DNA of 64,000 bases from Eledone cirrhosa (Eukaryota): NCBI GenBank assembly GCA_964016885.1, contig OZ024746.1, forward strand, positions 93,310,001 to 93,374,000. Reading direction: 5' to 3'. Numbering within the stretch: the first letter of the stretch is position 1; each line of letters starts with the position of its first letter. The notes beneath the pieces are model-generated. The model worked only from the letters and a program-made list of their open reading frames with translations. It was not told the DNA's origin and did not search any database. Positions 15,807 to 26,643 of the stretch are shown here, piece by piece. A program made the translations under genes and the position numbers.

Positions 15807-16519
15807 GTGTTTGGCTTGTTTCCCTTGGTGATTCAGCCTGCTCAGTTGGAGACGGTTGCTTCTGACAGGTTTTGCTGGAAGGAGTGTTTCAGGACTCTGC
15901 CCTCATGACCCTCTCAGGAATAAGTGGGCGAAGACAAAGATAATTTCTTCTGCATTTCTAGGTTGGTTTTAACTCTTAACATCCTGCAATGATTTAGCAG
16001 AAAATATCTAATACCAAGTTTATTAATTCAGATGGTTACTAGTATCTTTACTAGTGGACACATTTTCAGTAAAGTATAATAAAAACTTTTATTTTAATGT
16101 GATGCAGTCATAGTGCTGTTGTGTACTTTTAAAGAATGTCCCACTAATGTGATTTCATGTGGTACAGGACGTTAAGAGTTAAAGATAAATATCTAACATT
16201 ATTGCAAAGTTTCTGGTCAGCACAGTAGCAGACTTGGCATTGTGTTGAATTAAATGATCTGTATTATTTAGTTATGTGAGGGTGGTAAATGAGCAGTAAT
16301 CGGTAGAGCATCCAACTGCATGCTTTGCAGCATGTAGTTACATCCCTTTAAGTTCTGAGTCCAAATCCTGTCAAGGTTAGCTTTGTCTTTCATCCTCACA
16401 GAGGTTGATAAAATAAAGTACCAGTAATGCACTGGGGTTGATTAAAAAACACAAAAACACACCATGTACACCCTTACAGGGTGTACATGGTGTGTTTTTG
16501 TGGCGCCAGCACTACCACT

Positions 16520-16970
16520 TCATATAGTTGACGCGCTATCTTCAATTCAGTTTTTGTGCAAACCCTTACCTATGGTCATGAATCTTAGGTAATGACCGAA
16601 AGAATATGAGCAGGAATACAAGCGACTGAAATAGGATTCCTCCGAAGGGTCTTTGGAGTAATGTTACTTGATAAAATGTGTAGCTCGGAGATCAGAGAGT
16701 CACTCCAGGTAGAGCTGCTATTTCTCCAAATTGAGAGATCACAGTTCCGATACTATGGACATGTGGTTAGAATGTTTCAGGAAAAAATGGACAAAACCAA
16801 TCAGCAAGAGACCCAGGGGTAGACCCCGAGCAAGATGGTTGGATAACATCCATGAGCTTGGGGATCCAGCCGGATCAGTTGGAGATGGTTGCTTCTCTCA
16901 GGACCCACTGGAAGAAGTGTTTGAGGACTGCCACCATGACCCTCTCAAGAATAAGTGGCCAAAGAAGAAA
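16520..16970 (+). mobile_element. Decayed RTE-clade LINE 3' fragment
   Basis: Translates with stops/frameshifts to LTYGHES..IQATEIGFLRRV..IERSQFRYYGHVVRM..RPRGRPRARWLD. Confidence 0.7.
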
Positions 16971-17112
16971 AAGGGTGCATTTTATTGTGCTACTAACACT
17001 AACATTTTATAGGGTGTTCTAGGTGCATTTAATCATTGCACCAGTACTATTACTCTCTATACTATATTTCTATATCTATGATTTTAAAAATATGCTCCAC
17101 TATTTCTTACAG

Positions 17113-17216
17113 CTTTGTCAATGTCTGGCATTGAAGATGTCCGAACAGTCCTACAGCATTATAACCAATTTGATGATCCAATTGAAAGGTTTCGAGAAAA
17201 CCAGCGACTACTTCAG
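17113..17216 (+). CDS. TIMM50: Penultimate coding exon of mitochondrial import inner membrane translocase subunit TIM50
   Basis: Acceptor tatttcttacAG, donor CAG|GTGAGT. The 104 nt are 2 nt plus 34 codons, LSMSGIEDVRTVLQHYNQFDDPIERFRENQRLLQ. This matches my recollection of the TIM50 C-terminus (human [35 protein letters not shown]). Confidence 0.9.
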
Positions 17217-17406
17217 GTGAGTGAGTGATTTCCTTGTGCTTATCTTATTTACAACTGAGTAACTTTTTAGTCTGTTTCAGAGAATAGGCAGATATTGTGT
17301 ATATGTGTGGGTGTTTCATTGTCATCATTTAATGTCTATTTTCCACTTGCATGGGTTTGACAGGTTGTCACATTATTGGACAAATCAGGATATATGTATG
17401 TATGTA

Positions 17407-17464
<58 letters not shown>

Positions 17465-17528
17465 AATGAAGTAATTCCGTCGGAAAAGTCCAGGAACAAA
17501 GAGTGCTCTATGTAGGTAACAGAGCTTA

Positions 17529-17688
17529 ATAGTTATGTAATAAACAACATAAGGCAATTATTCCATTTACCAGTGGTTTCTTAAAATAAATACACCAGGA
17601 TTTTTTCATTCTAATGATTGAAAGCAAAATTTTTTGCTTTTAAGAAACCACTGGTAAATGGAATAATTGCCTTATGTTGTTTATTACA

Positions 17689-17695
<7 letters not shown>
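17529..17695. repeat. ~57-bp-arm inverted repeat with degenerate hammerhead (+ strand, 17603-17663)
   Basis: Arms 17529-17586 and 17638-17695. + strand reads TTTTCATT CTAATGA TTGAAAGCAAA..TTTGCTTTTAA GAAA CCACTGG TA AATGGAA. Confidence 0.8.
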
Positions 17696-17745
<50 letters not shown>

Positions 17746-17865
17746 TCAAAGAGGTATATATATATATATAATTAGACATAGTCACAGATACATATATGAG
17801 TTTGGCAACCTTTCACGGTTTGGCTCGATGAAGAAATAATTAAGCAAATAATCATTAATCAGAGC

Positions 17866-18295
17866 TATATATAAAAATGAAAGTCTGAAGAACTATTAGA
17901 TAAGATATATACAATATTTCTTCTCCCATTCCGTATAAATTAACCACACCAAAAATCATTTAAACGAGGCTATAAGTTTAAAATGTAAATATGAACAAAT
18001 AATAGACAAATGATACAGACTATCTTCCGCGATGTACAGTCATATGACATTTATTTAATTATTTCTTTTAGCCCATAGAAATTGACTAGACAGATAATTA
18101 ACTACACGGAGTTAGGTACAAAATAGAAGTGCGAAAGATAGTCTGTATCATTTGTCGATTACTTCTTCATAATTACATTTTAAACTTATAGCCTCGTTTA
18201 AATGATTTTTTGTGTGGTTAATTTATACGGAATGGGAGAAGAAATATTGTATATATCTTATCTAATAGTTCTTCAGACTTGCATTTTTATATATA
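17866..18295. repeat. ~165-bp-arm inverted repeat with 100-nt spacer
   Basis: 17866-18030 is an imperfect reverse complement of 18131-18295; both ends run into TA-rich sequence. Confidence 0.85.
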
Positions 18296-18300
18296 TATAT

Positions 18301-20287
18301 GCGGCTGGGCCTTCGGAAATAGTTGCTGAGATGCTGAAGGCATCTGGCACGGTGGGACACACCATGGTCACCCGCATAGTTAACCAAGTCGTACAAAACG
18401 GGGTTGTTCCGAAGGACTGGCATAGCAGCATCATCGTTAACTGTTATAAGGGTAAAGGAGACGCCCTAGATAGGAGTAACTATAGAGGCATTAAACTAAT
18501 CGACCAGGTCATGAAGGTCACGGAAAGAGTAATAGCGCAACTAATCAGAGAGAGAATTGACCTAGATGAAATGCAGTTCGGGTTTGTGTCAGGCAAAAGT
18601 ACCACAGACGCTCTTTTCATAGTACGACAACTACAAGAGAAGTACCTAGCTAAAGGTAAACCCCTCTACTTAGCTTTTGTCGACTTGGAGAAAGCCTTCG
18701 ACAGAGTCCCCCGCTCCATTATCTGGTGGGCTCTTAGAAAACTAGGCGTTGACGAATGGCTTGTGAGGGCTATACAAGCCATGTATAAAGAAACAGTCAG
18801 CAAGGTTAGAATTAACAACGAATATAGTGAAGAGTTTAGCGTAAAAGTCGGCGTCCATCAGGGCTCTGTTCTCAGTCCACTACTATTTATTATTGCCCTT
18901 CAGGCCATAACAGAGGAGTTCAAGACAGGCTGCCCATGGGAACTCCTATACGCAGACGACCTGACACTCATAGCGGAATCAATGGCCGAGCTAGAGAAGA
19001 AATTCCAAACATGGAAGCACGGCCTAGAGTCAAAAGGACTTAAAATTAACCTGGCTAAGACCAAAGTACTAGTTTGTAGGAAAGAAAACAAGGCGGCGGT
19101 CCCTTCTGGGAAATGGTCGTGCTCGGTGTGTAGGAAAGGCGTAGGTAGAAACTCCATTTTATGTCCTAAATGCAAAGTATGGGTGCATAAAAGATGTAGT
19201 GGGATCACAGGTAGGCTAACTAAGAACATAGATTTTACATGTGGCCGGTGCTCTGGTGCAATAAGTAGCAGCAAGTGCCCACAAACTACTAGCTCTTTCA
19301 ATTGCGCAGAGGGTTCTATAGAAATAGTGGACAGCTTCCGTTACCTGGGCGATAAAATCAGCAGTGGGGGAGGGTGCTCTGAAAGTACTGTAGCTAGAGT
19401 CAGAACTGGTTGGAAAAAGTTCAGAGAGCTTATACCACTATTAGCTGCTAAAGGGTTCTCACTAAAAATGAAAGGCAGGTTGTACGATGCCTGCATACGA
19501 ACAGCAATGCTGCATGGCAGTGAGACCTGGGCATTGTGTGCAGAGGATATACGCAGACTAGAGAGGAACGAAGCTTGCATGCTCCGCTGGATGTGTAACA
19601 GTAATATACGTGAACGGCAAAGCATAAACGAACTAAGGAATAAATTAGAGATAAGAGGGATCAGATGTTGTTTACTCGAGAGAAGGCTACGTTGGTATGG
19701 ACACGTGATGCGCATGAAAGTCGATAGCTGTATAACAAAGTGCAGGGCAATAAAGATAGACGGTAGTCACGGAATAGGCAGACCTAGAAAAACCTGGGAC
19801 GAGCTGATAAACTCCGACATCACACACTTACACCTCTCCAAGACAATGTCACTGGACCGAGACCTTTGGCGGTACTCAGTAACAGAGAAGACCCGCCTTA
19901 CCTAAATATATAGTAAAACCTACTCCAGCCAGTAGGCATCTCTAACAAATACACCCCGTCCCACCACCCCCACCCGATCCACACCACCCCGTTCTATGTA
20001 AAGTTATGTTGGTGCCGCGCCATCGAGGCCGAAACAAATGAGATCGTGTAGGTGTCACGACAAAAAAACACACAGTCCACGCTGTAATGTGGCCGTGTAG
20101 GCAACACGGTAAAAACCTCCCAGACCCACACTGTAAATGTGGTTGGTGTTAGGAAGGGCATCCAACTGTAGAAAACCTGCCAGACAGTCCTATGCGAGCA
20201 AGACAATCACTCTTGCCTCAAGTGGGACTACCCCCGTCCAAACCCATGCAAGCGTGGAACACGGACGTTAAACGTTGATGATGATGA

Positions 20288-20290
<3 letters not shown>
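18301..20290 (+). mobile_element. 5'-truncated RTE-clade LINE with open RT ORF, PHD finger and long 3' UTR
   Basis: ORF runs to stop at 19905 with RT motifs NYRGI, FVDLEKAFD, GVHQGSVLSP and YADD, plus C4HC3 finger 19120-19251 and RRLRWYGHV/GRPRKTW. It starts right after (TA)n and ends in (GAT)n. Confidence 0.95.
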
Positions 20291-20339
<49 letters not shown>

Positions 20340-20343
<4 letters not shown>

Positions 20344-21310
20344 TCATCATCATCATCATTTTACGTCCGCTTTTCCCTGCTTGCAAGGGTGGGACGGGTC
20401 TTATTCAGCACAGTATCTCTCCACTTGTCACGGTCCTTCGTCATCTCCACCGTGAGCTTCAGCGATCTGACGTCTGTTCTCACCACCTCCGCCCATCTTT
20501 TTTGTGGTCTACCTCTACCACGTCTTCCTTCAACTGGCAATTCCTGGCACTTCTTCACCCAGCGGTCATCCTCCATGCGCATCACATGTCCATACCACCT
20601 CAGTCTACTCTCTCGCACACTACATTCTATCCCTCTCAGACACAGTTTCTCTCTCAACACATTCATGCTGGGTCGTTCATGCACATTGACATTGCACATC
20701 CAACGGAGCATGCTTGCCTCATTTCTCTCCAGCCGTTGCATATCCTCTGCAGTTGCTGGCCATGTCTCACTACCATGCAGCATCGCGCTCCTCACCCAGG
20801 CATCATATAACCGGCCTTTCGTACGCAGGGAGAAACCCTTCTTCGTCAGCAGAGGAAGCAGCTCCCTAAACTTCTTCCAACCCGTCCTTATTCTAGATAC
20901 TATGGCCTCGGAACATCCCCCTCCCATACTAATCTGATCTCCTAGGTACCGGAAGCTATCCACCACTTCTATAGCACCCGCCTGCATTTGAAAAATGTGT
21001 CTATCAATGCGACTTCTACTGTCTAATTTCCCTGTACACCTACTGCATACATATTTCTCCCTACCTGTTAGTTTGCCTGCTATCCCGCTACATCTCTTGT
21101 GTACCCAGGATCTGCATTGAGTACATTTTATAGAATTTATGCCAGTTCCTTTTCTGCATATCGAACATGGCCATTTCCCTGACGGAATCAGAGTTTTGTC
21201 CTCTTTTTTACTCATCAACACTTTTGTCTTAGCTAGGTTCACACTCAGTCCTCTTGCTTCCAACTGCTGTTTCCATAGCCAGAATTTATTCTCTAGCTCC
21301 TCTACTGATT
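20340..21310 (-). mobile_element. RTE-clade LINE 3' portion (second subfamily), open ORF
   Basis: ORF 20361-21263 with PHD finger, FRYLG, RLRWYGHV and GRPQKRW; (TGA)n tail; tail-to-tail with the 18301 element across (TA)n. Confidence 0.92.
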
Positions 21311-21599
21311 CTATATATATTCGCAGAATCGTAAATATCTTCTGCAGTTTTTTATGGCTTTTTTCGTGGCAATATATTTTTTCACACTTTTAAACGCCAA
21401 GTTATTAATAACAATATATTGTATTTGCCAGCCTACATCTTACATTATGTTTTGACGTTTATAAGCATTTTTATGGACCACATTCAATATTTGTGGTTTT
21501 TCACTTTTATATATATGTCCCGTCCCACCCATGCAAGCAGGGAAAAGCGGGTGTAAAATGACGATGATGATGTATATATATATATAAATAAATATATAC

Positions 21600-21929
21600 A
21601 TATAATTGTCTCCCGGTATTCGCAGAGGTAATGTTCCTAGAGCACCCACAAAGAGTGAAAAACCACAAATATTGAATGTGGTCCATAAAAATGCTTATAA
21701 ACGTCAAAACATAATGTAAGATGTAGGCTGGCAAATACAGTATATTGTTATTAATAACTTGGCATTAAAAAGCGTGAAAAAATATATTGCCACAAAAAAA
21801 GCCATAAAAAACTGCAGAAGATATTTACGATTCCACAAATATGCGATGGTTTCCACGAACAATCATTAGTTAGGTTCTAAGGAAAATTCTGTGAATAACT
21901 GGGACCACGAATGCCGGGGGTACATTATA
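21600..21929. mobile_element. Tigger/pogo-like MITE, with an inverted partial copy at 21318-21508
   Basis: Imperfect TIRs taattgtctcccggtattcgc ... cgaatgccgggggtacatta, TA-flanked. About 185 bp of internal sequence is mirrored upstream. Confidence 0.55.
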
Positions 21930-21931
21930 TA

Positions 21932-23509
21932 CAGTGCCCTGCAAAAGTTTACAACACATTAGGAAAAATGCGGTTTTAGGTATTTTTAATAGAACATATA
22001 ATGAGGCATTTAATGATACAATCATATTTTTAAAAAAATAACAAGGAAATAACTCATGAAGAAAAATCAATATTTTTATAACGCAAAAGTTTACAACACA
22101 TTTATTAAATCATCTCTTAATATTTTGTAGCGTAACCTTTGTTGCTAATTACAGCCTGTAGACGTTTGGAGTAGCCTCCTACAAACTTCTTGCATGTTTC
22201 TTGGCTAATATTTTTCCATTCTTCACAACAAATTTTCTTTAGTTCAGGGATATTTTGGGGTTCCTTTTTTGAATTCTGAGTTTCAGTTCTCTCCACAAAT
22301 TTTAGATCGGGTTAAGATCTGGAGACTGACTTGGCCATTTTAGAATATTTATCCATTCGTACTTAACCAAGATTGTGTTAGCTTTGCAGTATGCTTTGGA
22401 TCGTTATCTTGTTGAAAAAACCAACCTGGCTTTAAGCTGAGAGAATGTGCACTTTGATGTAAATTCCTTTGCAAAATACCTCTATAATAAGCGCCATCCA
22501 TTCTTCCTTCTATTATTTCAATATTTCCTACACCTGTGGCACTAAAGCAACCCCAGACCATGATTGATCCACCTCCAAATTTTACAGTTGGAATAGTATT
22601 CTTTGGCGAATATTCAGTACCTTTCTTTCTCCAGACTTTTGCCACAGCATTTCGACCAAAAAGTTCAATTTTTGTTTCGTCCGACCAGAATACATCTTCC
22701 CAAAATGACGCAGGTTTGATGAGATGCTCATTTGCAAAGTTTAATCGACGAAGAACGTGTTTCCTCGTAAGAAGTGGTGTTTTCCTTGTAGACCTCGAGA
22801 AGATATTATATCTACGAAGTGAACGACTAATTATATCTGAGCTCACTTTTACTCCACTTCCTTCTAGGTCATCCTGAAGATTTTTAAGAGTACACCGGGG
22901 TTCGTTGCCAACCTTTCTCATCAATAACCGAGTTGCACGTTCCGTTATCTTTCTAGGACGACCAGAACTAATTAGAGGACAGATGGAATGATGAGATTTC
23001 CAGTGACGAATTATAGTACCTACTGAACTCAATGGCACATTTAACTTACAAGATATCTTTCTATAACCAACACCGTTTGTATGAAGGTCTACAATGCGTT
23101 TACAGAGGTCTTGATCAATCAGTTTATTTTTCCCCATATTGTCAATGTTTACAGGACGGTTGTCAATGTTTACAGGATGGTTGTCGGACAAATAATGACG
23201 TAATGTTTTTAATTGTCCTTAGAAGTTACCTTAAACCTAATCTAGAACATTCTACTGAATTTTAAATCTGAAAATTTAAGAATTTTCTTGAAAAAAAAAG
23301 CGATAAATATAGAATGTGTTGTAAACTTTTGCGTTATAAAAATATTGATTTTTCTTCATGAGTTATTTCCTTGTTATTTTTTTAAAAATATGATTGTATC
23401 ATTATATGCCTCATTATATGTTCTATCAGTAAAATTTTCATTACCCTAACTTTATTAAAAATACCTAAAACTGCATTTTTCCTAATGTGTTGTAAACTTT
23501 TGCGGGGCA

Positions 23510-23512
<3 letters not shown>
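21932..23512 (-). mobile_element. Full-length Tc1 transposon with IR/DR termini, inactive
   Basis: TA|CAGTGCCC...GGGCACTG|TA. TIRs of ~170-200 bp each contain two copies of GCAAAAGTTTACAACACATT. Confidence 0.95.
22118..23137 (-). pseudogene. Tc1 DD34E transposase pseudogene
   Basis: MGKNK..GRPRKI..WSDETK..VWGCF..FQQDNDPKH. A frameshift near 22350 is followed by WPSQSPDLNPI*NLW (catalytic E codon now TAA) and a GYATKY end. Confidence 0.92.
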
Positions 23513-23537
<25 letters not shown>

Positions 23538-23545
<8 letters not shown>

Positions 23546-23893
23546 GTTTGAATATGTGTAATAAGGCCAAAACAATGCAGGTATGGACATAGAAAAAAGA
23601 ATGCAATAGTAAAAGATATTGTTGAGAATTTGTCTTTCACCTTGAATTTATTTAAATGTCCTTAATTTTCGAGATAATATCTCTTCTTCGGAGGGAAGTA
23701 AAGGTCTCAAAGACGCTGGTTTGAGACCTTTACTTCCCTCCGAAGAAGAGATATTATCTCGAAAATGAAGGACATTTAAATAAATTCAAGGTGAAAGACA
23801 AATTCTCAACAATATCTTTTACTATTGCATTCTTTTTTCTATGTCCATACCTGCATTGTTTTGGCCTTATTACACATATTCAAACGTTTATAT
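23538..23893. repeat. ~170-bp-arm near-perfect hairpin with degenerate hammerhead-like core
   Basis: 8-nt loop gacgctgg at ~23712-23719; I see only one mismatch in the arms. CCGAAGA (23740), stem GAGAT/ATCTC, GAAA (23761). Confidence 0.88.
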
Positions 23894-24254
23894 CTCATTA
23901 CACAATGCTTCAAGTGAACTATAACCTCCTCCTTATATATATATATATATATATAAATGAAAGGTATAGAAAGTATTGTAGCAAGAAGCCAACAGTATTC
24001 CATAATATATAAGTGACTATAGCGTCAAAATGGGAAAATAGTTAACGTAAGATGTGGGAAAAATAAATCAAACTCAATTCAAAAAGAATCAGGATATAGA
24101 TTTATCCAACAGAATTTAGTGAAATCCAGGGAAAAATCAATAGAGCCTTAACTCGTGATTAAATGAAGTTTAAAATACTCATCCTTCAATTTGGGACAAC
24201 TACAAATGCTCTGTATAGTCTTGAAAAAGACTATTTCTCTCTCTATATATATAG

Positions 24255-26530
24255 TTTTGTGAGGTTTTTGATATGAAATCGTGTGTCGAAACAAATATTG
24301 TTATACTTGGGGAGGGTCATATTTGTGTTATATTGCCAGAATTAATAACAGAACACACTCACTGTTTGGTTGGTTTTCGCTTTTCGCTTCTGTGTCTTTT
24401 ATATCGGTTAATTTAATTTATTCGGTCCTCAATGTTGCCATTGACTGACCAACGGTCAAAAATACAGATACAAACACATTTATATAGTCTATCAAAGTTC
24501 TTTCGTTGCACATCTGCAACATCGTCAGTGGTGCTATTGTTTCCTCCCGTTGCATTGTATGTCTACGCCATCTTTATTTAGTCTGTTTATATATTTATTT
24601 ATTTTTTTTTTGTCTTCTTTGCGCATGCGTTTGTGTGTGTGTGTAGTGTTTTGTTTGATGTGTGTTAGTGTTTGGGTGACTGTATTGGTTAATGTATTCT
24701 ATCTTTACTAGTGTGTGTTTATATGTGTTTGTTGTTATTGTGCTTGTGTATGTATTTATTTATTTATACTTCTCTTAGGTCAGTGTTGTTTGTTTGGGTG
24801 TTGTTGTTAGTCCATTCATTTTTTCTGTTTAGCCTTGGCCTTCTAAGTTCTATTTTACTGGCCTCTCTGATTTGCCTATCTACTGGGTCATTTCTATGTT
24901 TAGATATTATTCTAATTTCTATGTTGTCTATGTTACCGTCGTGTTGTTGTCTGGTATGTTCGTATAGTACTGAACCGTTTTTTCGTCCTTTTAGTTCCCC
25001 CCAGTGTTGGTCTATCCTTTCACCTATGCTACGAGCTGTCTCGCCTATATATGTTTCTGCAAGTACCCTCTATACATCTTATGCTATAGACTACGTTTCT
25101 AGTTTTACAGTTTATCCGGGGGTTTACTTTACATATGATACATTTCCTATTAGTACAGTGGGTTTTCTTAAAAGGGTAGGTTTTGCTGATCAGGGATTTT
25201 GTGGTGGTTCCTGGCTTTTCTACCACCTTAATCTTTAAGTGGGTCTTTCTCAGGGCCTTTCTACACTGGTTAGCTAATTTCCCTCCAGGGGTAGCATCCG
25301 CAAACATGACACTCTGGTATCTCTGGTTGTCGTACCATGAGGTGGCTTTCCCTATCTTATGTCTAGCCCTATCTAAGCTATTCCATGATTTGCTCCTGTA
25401 TAATGGGCAAATTCCTTTCATATCCAGTTCTATGAGGGTCTTATACTTCTCCGTGGCTCCTTTGTATACTCTGATTCTGTTTCTTTAGTTGTAGCCAGAG
25501 AACTGCATGCGGTTGATGAAGTGTTGAATGTTGGGTCGCACATGCGGGACATGTTCTTCATCACTCGTACCAAGTCTGCGATCAGAATATTAAACTTAGC
25601 ACTACTGGACATTGCTGAGTTTTTGAGTATCATGTATTTGGAGGCCATGGGTTTAGCATAGTGGAGAATTTGGGCTCTCTCGTCTATAGTGTTAATCCAG
25701 AGTTCCGTGTCTAATACAGGTAGTCTATTGTTAGGGTAGTCGATAGTTACAGTTATACTCTGGTGTATGGAATTAGCTATCTGCTGGATGCTTTCCATTG
25801 TGCTACGTTCTAAATCAAACTTGTTAGTGCTCTCTTGTGGGGATGTTCTTATTACTATATTGATATCGTCTACGTAACGAGAGTACATGATGAGGTCTAT
25901 GGAGCTCTCATCAAGGAGATTTTTAAGTCTCCTTTCCCACCATACCATAAAAAGGTTGGCAACGTCACCAGCTCTGCTGATGCCAATGGCTGCTCCCTCA
26001 TTTTGGGTGTAGATCTTCCCGTTGAACTTGAATATGTGGCCCTTTAGGGTAGTTTTGATACTAGCCCCTATTGCATGTGCAACCATTTTTCTTACCTGAT
26101 CATTGTTTTGGGGGGGTCCGTATAGCTTTGGTCCACCCAATCCACCTTCCCATGGGAGTCTTTTTAGCCATTGAGGTTATGGTGGTGGGGTCTACCTCTT
26201 ATGGGTCTACTGGGGCAGAATCGTCTAAGGTCATGGCTGTCTAGGTAGTCAGTGTCGTAGGTAAGTCTAAGTAGGAGGCCCAGTTCGTCTATGTCGACGT
26301 CGCAGAACTCCACCTCACTCTCAATGATCATCTCCACACATTTTTCCACAGCAAAATCAATGTTAATGGATGGGTACAGTGACACCACATCCATGCTGCC
26401 TATTATGCAGTTGGAGAGGTTCCTGTTTTTGTTGCACTCACTGATTCTGCTGAGGAGGTCCTCTGTACTGTCACATACATCTGGGGACATCTTGATTATG
26501 GGGTGTATAACCATTGAGAGGAAGTAGGAG
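24255..26530 (-). mobile_element. Penelope-like retroelement (RT + Cys linker + GIY-YIG), frameshifted and 5'-truncated
   Basis: GSMDVVSLYPSI, QNEGAAIG, YSRYVDD; C-x4-C-x2-C-x7-C linker; VVYSIRC..YIGETARSIGERIDQH..EH..REASKI..PRLNRKNEW. Hammerhead-like CTGACGA..GAAA in the 3' region (24501-24528). Confidence 0.9.
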
Positions 26531-26555
26531 ATCCTGTAGTTGCTAGCTATTTTTG

Positions 26556-26643
26556 GGTTAAGAGTTAGTTTAAAGTTATGATTTAAGCGTTATGCCCTAT
26601 AAACCATAACACTTAAATCATAACTTTAAACTAACTCTTAACC
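26556..26643. repeat. 39-bp-arm hairpin at the truncated 5' end of the Penelope element
   Basis: ggttaagagttagtttaaagttatgatttaagcgttatg / cataacacttaaatcataactttaaactaactcttaacc. Confidence 0.8.

Noticed and set aside
15066-15908. GYPGVDPEQDGWLVI repeat protein, or CRISPR-like array
   Set aside because: Head-to-tail 45-bp units with no unique spacers, derived from RTE sequence; eukaryotic context with no cas genes. The same applies to the arrays at 35943 and 46400.
17023-17220. 65-aa ORF from the ORF track
   Set aside because: Wrong frame; the TIMM50 exon is read in another frame bounded by splice sites.
18202-18300. N-terminus of the 567-aa RT ORF
   Set aside because: Derived from the upstream inverted repeat and (TA)n; the LINE is 5'-truncated at ~18301.
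25029-25200. Selenocysteine (UGA) recoding, as reported for some Naiad Penelope elements
   Set aside because: The linker cysteines here use ordinary TGT/TGC codons, and the break before YIG is a frameshift.
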